Made by a program: the position numbers and the translations under genes. This document shows, piece after piece, positions 37,260-46,264 of a DNA stretch of 64,000 nucleotides. Location: the NCBI GenBank assembly GCA_018897155.1, contig JAHILE010000045.1, forward strand, positions 2,236-66,235. The letters run 5' to 3'. The notes beneath the pieces were generated by a model. That model saw only the letters and a program-made list of their open reading frames with translations. It ran no database searches and was not told the origin of the DNA. The DNA comes from Nanobdellota archaeon. Lineage in GTDB: Archaea; EX4484-52; LFW-46. Position 1 is the stretch's first letter. Every line of letters starts with the position of its first letter.

Positions 37260-37874
37260 TTATTTCACTTCAACTTTCCTGACTTCAACGCTTCTTATCG
37301 GGAATATCTTTGCCGCCGCTTCATGTATTACTCGCGTCAGTTTTTCGTTGTTCATAGTCATGACCGCTTCATCAAGCGGCCTTCCCGCAAGCATTTCGCT
37401 CGAGGTTTTTATAGTGAGCGCGCGAAGGTGTTTTCTTACTGTAGTATTTGCTTTTTTTGCTGTGATTATTGTCATTTTCAGGCGCAGTTTCTTGTCCTTT
37501 AGCGTGATGTCCTGAATTGAGTCGACGCGTGAGCTCCATCTTCGAATAAGGCGTGCCAATGCATCTTTTAGAAGTTCCTGACCGGAGTATTCTGTTTTTG
37601 CCTTTTTGCCATCAATTCCTGTAATTTTTAGGCTTGCTGTTGTGTGCATTTGCTTGTAATTCTTTGTAAGCTCAGATAATGAGACTTTTACAGTCCTTCC
37701 AATAATATTAGAATCCTTCAAAGAAGGAATTTCTGCAATTACTTCTTCGCCAAAAACACTTGGAGACGACACCATATACCATGATTTTTTTGACCATGTG
37801 TCCTTTCCAGCCTTTGGCTTTGCTGCTGTATCTGCTTTTTTCGCTTCTCCGGGCTGTTGCATTATTTCAACCAT
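37260..37874 (-). CDS. rps3ae: Ribosomal protein S3Ae (eS1)
   Basis: KKSWYMVSSPSVFGEEVIAEIP...IGRTVKVSLSELT signature. Confidence 0.85.
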   Translation of the reverse strand: MVEIMQQPGEAKKADTAAKPKAGKDTWSKKSWYMVSSPSVFGEEVIAEIPSLKDSNIIGRTVKVSLSELTKNYKQMHTTASLKITGIDGKKAKTEYSGQELLKDALARLIRRWSSRVDSIQDITLKDKKLRLKMTIITAKKANTTVRKHLRALTIKTSSEMLAGRPLDEAVMTMNNEKLTRVIHEAAAKIFPIRSVEVRKVEVK

Positions 37875-37957
37875 GAAATCACATATTTAGTACATATTAC
37901 CTTACAATAACCATACATTAATGCGGAAGATTTATTAAGGTTATGGAAAGCCATACG

Positions 37958-39373
37958 CTAAGGCTCCACATTAACTTCCGCTAAATCAACAACATCTGTT
38001 TCATTTTCCCATTTTTTTATAAGAAGCGGATCTATAAGCTGTATGAACTTTGCTTCAGTTCCAAGAGGTATTTTGGCTCCGGCAGCGTTTGTATGGCCTC
38101 CACCTTCCCCGCCAAGCTCTTTCGAGGCTTGTAGAATCGCCTTTCCAAGATTTGCTTCGTTGGAGTTTATTAGTATCCTTCCTGAAACTTTAACACCGTT
38201 GTCAGAATTCGCAAATCCGATGGCAACATTGGCTTTAAGTATTGAGCGCATTGCAATTGAAACTGACGTGCCTATCATGTTGTCGGAAATATTGTTTCCA
38301 GCAATCACATAAACTGCGTTATCTGTTTTGACAAAGAGATCTTTATTTGTTTTTATCCATTCAAGGTACACAGCGATTTTCTTTCTGTACGCACCCATTA
38401 TAGTGTCTGCAGAATCAATATGCCCAAGGCATAATTTCATACCCTCTACAGGTTTTTCTATCCTTCCGCAGGCGTTAAGTATTGTTGTAAATTCACGTAT
38501 TTCGTAGTTGTTATGAAGCTTGTAGACATTTCCTATTAATGTTCCGGGTTTGACTCCTGCATGCGTTGCCTCTATCAGAAGCGCGCTTGCAAGCTTTTTT
38601 TCATCATCCTTTGAAAGATCCGCAAGCCGCAGCCATGCGCCTGCTTTGTCTTTGATAGGGATGCCGTAGTTGTTAAGAAATTGCAATGCTCCGGATTGAT
38701 CTCCCGATATGTTTGGAATAAAAGGATCTGTCGAGTATTCAATCGCTTTAATTAGCGGCCTCGTATATCTTCCGAAAAGCCGCAAGCCTTTATCGACTTT
38801 TAATTTTCCTGCAAGCTCAGCATCTTTTACAAACATCTCATTTACGCCTTTGTAATTTCCGTTGACTTTTTGCATGTCGCCGGCAGCGCCTATCACTGCG
38901 AGATCCACAAGCTTCCATGCCTTTGAAGTGAGCATCCGGCATACCAGATAGGCCACTCCAGCTCCTGAGATTTCATCTTTTCCGTCGATTCCTGTCAGAT
39001 GGGGGTTTACGTGGATTAGTCCGTCCCACGAAAGATCAACTGGCTGATGATGGTCTGCGACAACGATTTTTTTCCCGGGAAAGAATTCTTTTATTGCGTC
39101 AAGCTGACCGCTTCCAAGATCTGTAAAAATCCACAAGTCTGCAGAATCCTTGTCTTTTGACAGATCCTGTGCAACATCGCGCTCAAGCTGCTTTACAAAG
39201 TCAATTTCAAAATTTTTTTTCAGCGCGTTTAGCGTTTCATGCATTATGGCTCCGGCGCATATTCCGTCGGCATCAAAATGAGTCACGACGCGTATGTGGC
39301 CTTTTTCTGATTTGATAACGTCTGCTGCGCGCGAAGCTAATGCGAGAAGAGAATTAAGGTTGTCTGTGTTCAT
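37958..39373 (-). CDS. DHH-family phosphoesterase, archaeal RecJ/GAN (Cdc45-like) type
   Basis: DHH motifs HFDADGICAG, ADHHQP, and DHHA1 GGGH near the C-terminus; 471 aa. Confidence 0.85.
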   Translation of the reverse strand: MNTDNLNSLLALASRAADVIKSEKGHIRVVTHFDADGICAGAIMHETLNALKKNFEIDFVKQLERDVAQDLSKDKDSADLWIFTDLGSGQLDAIKEFFPGKKIVVADHHQPVDLSWDGLIHVNPHLTGIDGKDEISGAGVAYLVCRMLTSKAWKLVDLAVIGAAGDMQKVNGNYKGVNEMFVKDAELAGKLKVDKGLRLFGRYTRPLIKAIEYSTDPFIPNISGDQSGALQFLNNYGIPIKDKAGAWLRLADLSKDDEKKLASALLIEATHAGVKPGTLIGNVYKLHNNYEIREFTTILNACGRIEKPVEGMKLCLGHIDSADTIMGAYRKKIAVYLEWIKTNKDLFVKTDNAVYVIAGNNISDNMIGTSVSIAMRSILKANVAIGFANSDNGVKVSGRILINSNEANLGKAILQASKELGGEGGGHTNAAGAKIPLGTEAKFIQLIDPLLIKKWENETDVVDLAEVNVEP

Positions 39374-39418
39374 AGATGACTTATTGCGCGCAAAGTATTA
39401 AAAATTAAATGCGCTATT

Positions 39419-39760
39419 TTGTTTATGGAATCTGATCGTTCTGATGCTGAAAAAATCAGGATATTCGATAAATGCAATGCCGGCTTTCTGGATTTTGTAT
39501 ATGGCGGCCCTTCCCAATGCTTGTTTGTATGGAAAGGCGACCTGTCAAAAGCAATCAGCCTGTATTCTTGCATTCAAAGTGTGATGAAAGAATTTGAAAT
39601 CGGGAACATCCATTTTGGAAAATTGTCCCATTGCGATGCTGCATGGGGCAATTGCGCATATATTATGATGGACGATGTTTTGAGCCCGCAGCAAAAATAT
39701 AAAATCATAAAGGGCATAGAATCAAAAGGATATGCAACCGCTGTTGAGCCGCTTTTCTGA
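39419..39760 (+). CDS. Hypothetical protein
   Basis: 113-aa ORF, no motif recognised. Confidence 0.35.
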   Translation: MFMESDRSDAEKIRIFDKCNAGFLDFVYGGPSQCLFVWKGDLSKAISLYSCIQSVMKEFEIGNIHFGKLSHCDAAWGNCAYIMMDDVLSPQQKYKIIKGIESKGYATAVEPLF

Positions 39761-39808
39761 ATTTATGGTACCATATGCTTATATTCCCGACCGCATCATA
39801 GATTATTA

Positions 39809-40180
39809 ATGTGGCGCGGCGTAATTATCGAGGAAAGTTTGAATGATAAATCGCTTCTGAACTTAGCGAAAATTGTTGAAACAAAAAAGTCGACATTGGA
39901 AGGCGAGAAAAAAGCAGGAACTATGACATTTCACAAAATCGAGCTGTTTGATGCAGATAAAGAAAAGTTTTTGAATCTGGCGCGCACATCAATAAAAGAC
40001 AAATTCTATTTGCATATCTGTAGCGGTGGCGTAATGGTTGTTGTTTACAAAAACAGTATGTTTGAATTCTCGAAAAATGATTGTGGCAAAATAAATGAAG
40101 CGCGCGACTACGGCGCAGAGCACGGTATTTTAAGAGAGCAGATGGATTTTGAAGTGCTGGTTGATGCGCCTTGGGCTTAA
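39809..40180 (+). CDS. Hypothetical protein
   Basis: 123-aa ORF, no motif recognised. Confidence 0.35.
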   Translation: MWRGVIIEESLNDKSLLNLAKIVETKKSTLEGEKKAGTMTFHKIELFDADKEKFLNLARTSIKDKFYLHICSGGVMVVVYKNSMFEFSKNDCGKINEARDYGAEHGILREQMDFEVLVDAPWA

Positions 40181-40271
40181 AATAAGGCAAAGCATAGCGA
40201 AAAATTATCGGCAATTCTCGAATGTGCGGAATCAAATAACCTTTATAAAGTTTAATTATCCAGTAAACGAT

Positions 40272-41021
40272 ATGCTTAATTCTGAGTTGATTACTGATGC
40301 AAAAAACAGATGCTCACAAACTGGATTTTTAAGAACCGGATTTTCGGTGAAACTTTCAGGTGCAGAAGGTGGCCATGAAAATGGAAAGCTGAAAACCGGA
40401 ACAACAACTGTCGGGCTTGTCTGCAAGGACGGGATTGTCTTGGCAACAGACAATAAAGCTACAATGGGACATCTGATTGCGTCAAAGACGGCAAAGAAAA
40501 TACTTGAAGTGTCGCCTAAAATGGCGGTAACGATTGCAGGGGATGTTGGAGATGCGCAGGCGGTTGTAAGGCTCCTTAGCGCGGAACTCCGATTATATAC
40601 TCTTTCAGAAAAAGTGCTTACTGTAAAAGCAGCAGCAACGCTTCTTGGAAATATGTTAAGAGATGCATACAAGTCATGGATGCCGGAAATGATACAGCTC
40701 ATACTTGGCGGCGCAGATGACAGGGGCGTAATGCTTTATTCAATAACTGCGGACGGCGCAGTTATGATTGAGGACGAGTATACTTTCAGCGGTTCAGGGT
40801 CGGTAATTGCAATAGGTGTGCTTGAAGATGCATACAAAAAAGACATGCCTGTTGATGAGGGGATAAAACTTTCGGTAAGGGCGATAAAAGCGGCGCGTGA
40901 GCGCGACGTATTCACTGGCGGAAAGGATATAAACGTTGTTACAATAACGCAAAAGGACGGCGTGAAATGGGTTCCGCAGGATAAAATAAATTTGATTATA
41001 AAGGAAACGGACAAAAAGTAA
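40272..41021 (+). CDS. psmB: Proteasome beta subunit with long propeptide
   Basis: Catalytic GTTTVGLVCKDGIVLATD block. The track ORF starts at 40149, but the likely start is the Met at 40272, about 45 aa before Thr1. Confidence 0.85.
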   Translation: MLNSELITDAKNRCSQTGFLRTGFSVKLSGAEGGHENGKLKTGTTTVGLVCKDGIVLATDNKATMGHLIASKTAKKILEVSPKMAVTIAGDVGDAQAVVRLLSAELRLYTLSEKVLTVKAAATLLGNMLRDAYKSWMPEMIQLILGGADDRGVMLYSITADGAVMIEDEYTFSGSGSVIAIGVLEDAYKKDMPVDEGIKLSVRAIKAARERDVFTGGKDINVVTITQKDGVKWVPQDKINLIIKETDKK

Positions 41022-41248
41022 ATCAAGGATTTTGCAAAAAATTAGATATTTCAGAAAAGGAGTTCTAAACCCAAACATATTTTTAGCGAGAATTGAATTG
41101 ATGCAGAAATGGATAGTATTGCTCAAAATGATAACATAATAATTGATAGTCAATTGGCGGTTTTTTTGCAAGTTATGCTATATTTATGGCATTAGTTTCT
41201 AATGCAGAAATAGCCGGCAACAAATAAGTCTATTAACTGGTGAAACAC

Positions 41249-41375
41249 GTCATGAAAGCTTGCACATAACGCGCTTTCAAGCTTTTGAACCCAAGGAAAA
41301 TGAGGAATGGTCCAAAATCTTGATGCTTCGCATCAAGCTTTCAAACCCAAATTAAATGAGATGGTTTAAAATGGA
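41249..41375 (+). repeat. Tandem duplication (about 57-nt period) of the aCPSF1 5' flank including a decayed copy of the start region; also a 9-bp perfect inverted repeat GAAAGCTTG/CAAGCTTTC
   Basis: Copy 1 TTCAAGCTTTTGAACCCAAGGAAAATGAGGAATGGTCCAAAATC. Copy 2 ATCAAGCTTTCAAACCCAAATTAAATGAGATGGTTTAAAATGG, overlapping the annotated ATG. Confidence 0.5.
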
Positions 41376-43251
41376 ACTAAAAGAATTAATCGAACGCCTT
41401 CCAAAGGCAGCGATGATAACTAGCGCAGGATTTGAAGGCGCTGAAGTTGTGCTTTATACGAAAAGCAAGAAGTTTTTCGTTGAGAGCTCAGATGAAATAA
41501 AGGCACTTGTTTCTGAAATTCATAAGAGAATAGATGTTCGGCCGGACCCGGAAATATGCACTGAGCAGGAATCTGCAAAATCGAAAATAAAAGAGCTGGT
41601 TCCAAAAGAAGCTGCTGTTGAGAAGATAGAATTTGAGCCGGAGTTCGGCAAAGTTATAATTTATGCACAAAAGCCGGGTGTTGTAATAGGCAAGGCAGGG
41701 GAAACTTTGCGCGCAATAAAAGAACAGACCGTCTGGAGCCCTGAAATACAGCGAGTTCCGCTATTCGTTTCAAATATTGTCAATAAAGCGCGGGAAATCG
41801 TGCATGAAGAGGCTAAATACCGAAGAAAATTCTTGACAAAAATCGGCGAAAAAATCCAGCTGAAAAAAGGCGCAAAAGAAGGCTGGGTAAGGCTTTCATT
41901 TTTAGGCGGATTTAGGGAAGTCGGAAGATCGTGCCTGTTTTTGCAGACAAAAGAGAGCCGAGTTCTTTTGGACTGTGGGGAAGGCATGTCGAATATAGAT
42001 GCCCATCCATCAATAGATGTTCCTGAATTTGATCTTGGCAGGCTTGACGCGATCATAGTATCTCATGCGCATCTTGACCACTCGGGATTTGTGCCATATC
42101 TTTATGAATACGGTTATGAAGGTCCTGTTTATTCGACGCTCCCTACAAGAGACTTGATGACGATGCTTCAGCTTGATTATATAGACATCGCCCAGCGCGA
42201 ACACGGCCGATCGCCATATAGCTCAAAAGGTATCAAGAATGCCATTAAGCATTCAATAACTTTGGATTACAACGAAGTCTGTGATATAACGCCAGACATG
42301 CGGTTGACTTTTCAGAATGCCGGGCATATTCTTGGTTCTGCAATAACGCACCTTCATATAGGTGAAGGGTTTTACAATCTCGTTTATTCAGGCGACATAA
42401 AATTCGGCAGGACACACTTGTTTGAGCCGGCTTTTACAAACTTTTCGCGTGTTGAAGGTCTTGTTATAGAAAGCACTTATGGCGCGCAGGGGGATATCGT
42501 TCCACAACTGCAGGTTGGCGAACAAAAAATTATCGACATAATAAAGAGGGTTTCGGCAGAGAAAGGCAAGGTGATAATTCCTTCATTTTCCGTTGGAAGA
42601 TCGCAGGAAATCATGGTAATACTTGCAGAATGCGCGAGAAAGGGCATTCTTGATGTTCCCGTATATCTTGACGGCATGGTTTGGGATGCAACTGCCATAC
42701 ACACAACATATCCCGAATTTTTGTCGCGCGAACTTCAAAAGCAGATATTTCATAACGATATAAACCCATTTGTGGGTGAGCATTTCAAGAAAGTGACCGG
42801 CTCGAACGAAAGAAAAGCGGTTATAGAAAGCCCTGAATCAGGCGTTATAATAACGACATCAGGAATGATGACTGGCGGGCCTGTGATGGAATACGTCCGC
42901 GAGCTTGGCGACAGCAAAAAGAACACTCTTGTTTTTGTCGGATATCAGGCAGAAGGCACACTTGGCTCAAAAATACAGCGCGGTTTCCGAGATATTCCAA
43001 TACCTGGAAGTGACGGAAGCATGAAGTCAATGCGACTTGAAATGGATATTCAGACTGTTGAAGGATTTTCAGGGCACTCTGATAGGAACCAGTTGATGAA
43101 TTTTGTTTCGCATTTGAGGGCGCGTCCAGAAAAAATCATAGTCAATCATGGAGAGGTTTCAAAGTCCTTGAATCTTGCAAGCGCCATTCACAAGACATTC
43201 AGGATTGATACAGAAGTTCCAGGAAATATGGATGCGATGAGGCTGAGGTAG
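41356..43251 (+). CDS. aCPSF1 / FttA (KH-KH + metallo-beta-lactamase + beta-CASP RNase, transcription termination factor)
   Basis: Two N-terminal KH-like segments, HAHLDHSG MBL motif, beta-CASP region, 631 aa. True start may be the Met at 41371. Confidence 0.9.
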   Translation: MRWFKMELKELIERLPKAAMITSAGFEGAEVVLYTKSKKFFVESSDEIKALVSEIHKRIDVRPDPEICTEQESAKSKIKELVPKEAAVEKIEFEPEFGKVIIYAQKPGVVIGKAGETLRAIKEQTVWSPEIQRVPLFVSNIVNKAREIVHEEAKYRRKFLTKIGEKIQLKKGAKEGWVRLSFLGGFREVGRSCLFLQTKESRVLLDCGEGMSNIDAHPSIDVPEFDLGRLDAIIVSHAHLDHSGFVPYLYEYGYEGPVYSTLPTRDLMTMLQLDYIDIAQREHGRSPYSSKGIKNAIKHSITLDYNEVCDITPDMRLTFQNAGHILGSAITHLHIGEGFYNLVYSGDIKFGRTHLFEPAFTNFSRVEGLVIESTYGAQGDIVPQLQVGEQKIIDIIKRVSAEKGKVIIPSFSVGRSQEIMVILAECARKGILDVPVYLDGMVWDATAIHTTYPEFLSRELQKQIFHNDINPFVGEHFKKVTGSNERKAVIESPESGVIITTSGMMTGGPVMEYVRELGDSKKNTLVFVGYQAEGTLGSKIQRGFRDIPIPGSDGSMKSMRLEMDIQTVEGFSGHSDRNQLMNFVSHLRARPEKIIVNHGEVSKSLNLASAIHKTFRIDTEVPGNMDAMRLR

Positions 43252-43293
43252 TAGAGTTAGGCGCGCGGGAAGGGGCGGACGACCTAGGGGATT

Positions 43294-43836
43294 TTACATC
43301 GATGACTTTACTTTCTTACGCTTGCCAAATACCTTGTAAATCTTCTTTACCATTTTGATTTGCCTCTTTTGGAGGTAAAGTAAATGCCTAATGAAACCAT
43401 CATCATTCAGTTTTTTAGGGCTGTCTCCAAGCGGGTAAAAAAATATTTTCTCTTTGAATGTCCCTAATTTCTCGGCATCTCTCTTTAAAGTATCCGCTTC
43501 CTTTTTTAATGAATAGAACGCTTTCTTTGTTTCTGGTTCGATTTCGATTGTTCTTTCTTTTAAAAATTTAATTTCAATCTCATTTATAGCCTCTTTTGCT
43601 TCTTTAGGATGCCACTCTTCAATGTGTGTATAGAAATCGACATATTTTTCTTCTTCTCTCAAATTTCTGTCCAAATGTATTTTTATCTTGCACACTGGAC
43701 ATATTAATGATTTTTGTATTTTTGTCATAGTTATCACATTGCGCATTTCCGGATTCTTCTTTACAAAGGAAAGTTCCTTTCGCATCAGCCGCTTGCTTGA
43801 AACGACATCTTTTAACAGATTTTGCTTTGATTTCAT
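43294..43836 (-). CDS. Hypothetical protein (CxxC pair, Lys-rich)
   Basis: 180-aa ORF; CPVCKIKIH motif; no family recognised. Confidence 0.4.
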   Translation of the reverse strand: MKSKQNLLKDVVSSKRLMRKELSFVKKNPEMRNVITMTKIQKSLICPVCKIKIHLDRNLREEEKYVDFYTHIEEWHPKEAKEAINEIEIKFLKERTIEIEPETKKAFYSLKKEADTLKRDAEKLGTFKEKIFFYPLGDSPKKLNDDGFIRHLLYLQKRQIKMVKKIYKVFGKRKKVKSSM

Positions 43837-43890
43837 ACAATCCCTCTTTAATTGGCTTGAGTAGTATAACTGTCTCTATGCACGAGTTTG

Positions 43891-44817
43891 TTATAAACTT
43901 TTTTGTTTTTCTTGCAATTCTTCAAGTCTTTTCTTTTTAGTTTCAAGATTTGAAAGTGCACCATCATATTGTTCAGTACTAATTTTTCCGATAGATTTCT
44001 GGCTGTCCCAAATTCGTTTAGCTCGCGTCAATGAGGGCACTTCTTTTTCTAATTCTTTTAGTTCTTTTACATCATCCTTTAACATTTTTTTCATTTCTGA
44101 CTCCGACTTAATCTTCTTGCATATTTCGAGCACCTCAAATGCCGCACGTATGTTTGTTTTGAATTCCTCATTAGATGGATGCTGAGGAAATGATGTTTCT
44201 ATCAGGTGTATGCTTGGATTTATCCTAAATGGTAGTTTTGTGCTAGGATTCACATTTGGACCATGACTCGGTTTCTCTTTATTTTCTTTACGTTTCGTTC
44301 TATTGTCAGCACCCTTTTTGAACAATCTTACGCATTCTGCAAACATTTCTTTAATCTTGGCTTCATTTATTTCGTTTGACTTTATGGTAAACTCGGACGG
44401 AAGGTATTTCGGTTTATCCTTATATACATCATTTACCTTTTCATCAACTGAAGTTTTCCAATTAGGCCCTAATTTTGATAATTTAGTTAACAAATCTTTT
44501 CTCTCAGCATTATGAATGTCAGTCAATATATTTTTTAATTTTTTTACAGAATCCACTTTATCAAAAGCCAGTCCAATGGTGATTTGAGCATTTTTGTTGA
44601 TAGTTACATATATATTCGGCTCAGCAGATGCTTTTAACGATTCCTTTGGAGAACCATTCAAATCGAATCCAATCCAATCCTCACCTCTTTCATCGTCAGG
44701 ACTAATAAGGTCTTCAATCTCTTTATCTGTTCTTGTTGGCACCCAAACGTCATTATTTATGACGGTTTTCGTCAGATTATACAATTCGATAAATTTTTTG
44801 ATTTTTTTCGCGTCCAT
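43891..44817 (-). CDS. Hypothetical protein
   Basis: 308-aa ORF, charged, no motif recognised; 13 nt downstream of the next ORF. Confidence 0.45.
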   Translation of the reverse strand: MDAKKIKKFIELYNLTKTVINNDVWVPTRTDKEIEDLISPDDERGEDWIGFDLNGSPKESLKASAEPNIYVTINKNAQITIGLAFDKVDSVKKLKNILTDIHNAERKDLLTKLSKLGPNWKTSVDEKVNDVYKDKPKYLPSEFTIKSNEINEAKIKEMFAECVRLFKKGADNRTKRKENKEKPSHGPNVNPSTKLPFRINPSIHLIETSFPQHPSNEEFKTNIRAAFEVLEICKKIKSESEMKKMLKDDVKELKELEKEVPSLTRAKRIWDSQKSIGKISTEQYDGALSNLETKKKRLEELQEKQKSL

Positions 44818-44830
44818 AAAATCACCAATA

Positions 44831-45214
44831 TTATATTTTCTTTTCTGAAAATTGTTTTGCCATTTCCGAAAGAGGCAAACCGAGCATTTCTTGACAGAAT
44901 TTATCCGCGGATTGTGTTAATGCAGTTTTTCCGTCAGTTAGTTTAATCAGCGAAGGATTTTTTCCCACGTAAAAGCCGCCAGCGCCCCTTATATCCTTCC
45001 CCATTTTAGTGCACCAAAGCTCTCGGAATTGCTCGTCGGATACAACCCCTCCGCGATTGTATATTCTACCCCATAATTCCACGCGGTCGCGCATCCAATC
45101 AGGTACTTCTACTGAAGATTTTTCATCAAGTAGGGACTGTATTTTTTTCGCGAGACGCTGAAGTTCGTCTCGGGTTTCCATCACTATTTTTTTCTCTGTT
45201 TCAGTTAATGCCAT
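44831..45214 (-). CDS. Hypothetical protein
   Basis: 127-aa ORF, first of a three-ORF co-directional run; no motif recognised. Confidence 0.45.
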   Translation of the reverse strand: MALTETEKKIVMETRDELQRLAKKIQSLLDEKSSVEVPDWMRDRVELWGRIYNRGGVVSDEQFRELWCTKMGKDIRGAGGFYVGKNPSLIKLTDGKTALTQSADKFCQEMLGLPLSEMAKQFSEKKI

Positions 45215-45468
45215 GTTATCACATTCACTATTTTGATTATAACCTTTTTAAACTTTACTATTATGTTTTAAAATATGAATAACAAAATTTATTATTAGCA
45301 TATTGTACTTAGAAGTATTTAAGTACCTATGTAACTTAATGATATATGAGGGGGTGCGCTAATCAGCAGGTTATTTTAAGAATTATTGGTGGATGGGCTT
45401 TCACCCACCAAAAACGCCTATTTAAATTCTGCCATACATTATAATAAGATACTAATAACGTGATATAA

Positions 45469-45612
45469 ATGGCAAAGCCAATCAGAGCAACACCGACATT
45501 AAGGGGCAAGGACGCAGCCGAATTTTTGAGAAGAATGCGCATCGAAGAAACACGCCCGATAACGGAAAAGGACAGGGAATTAGCGAGACGCATAGCGGCA
45601 TTTAAGCTCTAA
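45469..45612 (+). CDS. Small ORF (47 aa), convergent with the GNAT gene
   Basis: MAKPIRATPTLRGKDAAEFLRRMRIEETRPITEKDRELARRIAAFKL; antitoxin-like look but not assignable. Confidence 0.25.
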   Translation: MAKPIRATPTLRGKDAAEFLRRMRIEETRPITEKDRELARRIAAFKL

Positions 45613-45614
45613 GC

Positions 45615-46169
45615 TTATTCGCGCTTAATTCTTATCAGGTTCAGCAGATCGCGATACATGGGCAAAGTGCCCTTTTCTCTTGCTTTCAGGACGGCAAAAT
45701 CCATCTTCTTGTAAAAGTGTACTGCATCCTTCTTTGCATCAACGATGAGAAACCGGCACCCTATGGCTACTTGCTCATTTATTGCAACGAGCTTTTTTAT
45801 GGCAAAATCGGTTGTTAGCGTGCCTATTCCACGTCTTGCATAATCCTTGCTTACGCAAAGTCTGCCTACCTTTAACGCGGGCATAGTTTTGTATTCTACA
45901 CCCTTGTCCAGAAAAGTCTGTCCGAGAAAGGTTCCATGAACCCGTACAGCATCTGCAAGCAACGTAATATATGCAACAAGCTCATTATTTTTCTTGTAAA
46001 ACCAGAGGTATGTGTAGGATATGCCCATTTCCTGATTTCCTAGGGCGTCTTCTATCAGGAATTGCTTGAGTTCTGTATTATCAGTTTTGAAGGTTTCGAG
46101 AATATTTTTGTGTTTCTCCGAGATTAGTTCAATATCCAAATCTTCCCGGAAAATACTCTCTTCTGCCAT
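45615..46169 (-). CDS. GNAT-family N-acetyltransferase
   Basis: Motif A VGRLCVSKDYARRGIGTLT (R/Q-x-x-G-x-G/A). Confidence 0.8.
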   Translation of the reverse strand: MAEESIFREDLDIELISEKHKNILETFKTDNTELKQFLIEDALGNQEMGISYTYLWFYKKNNELVAYITLLADAVRVHGTFLGQTFLDKGVEYKTMPALKVGRLCVSKDYARRGIGTLTTDFAIKKLVAINEQVAIGCRFLIVDAKKDAVHFYKKMDFAVLKAREKGTLPMYRDLLNLIRIKRE

Positions 46170-46264
46170 AGAATCTACTGTTATTTATCGGAAGAATTTT
46201 ATAAGCTCAAACTAATGGAACCCATTTCGGATTCTTTTGATTCAGCCATACCCATTTTCGGGTA

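Noticed and set aside
40149-40271. Upstream extension of the proteasome beta ORF
   Set aside because: Overlaps the preceding gene and adds 40 non-conserved residues; the Met at 40272 gives a more plausible (still long) propeptide.
45469-46169. GNAT + small ORF as a TacT/TacA-type toxin-antitoxin pair
   Set aside because: Genes are convergent rather than co-transcribed, and the small ORF lacks a recognisable RHH/DUF1778 pattern.
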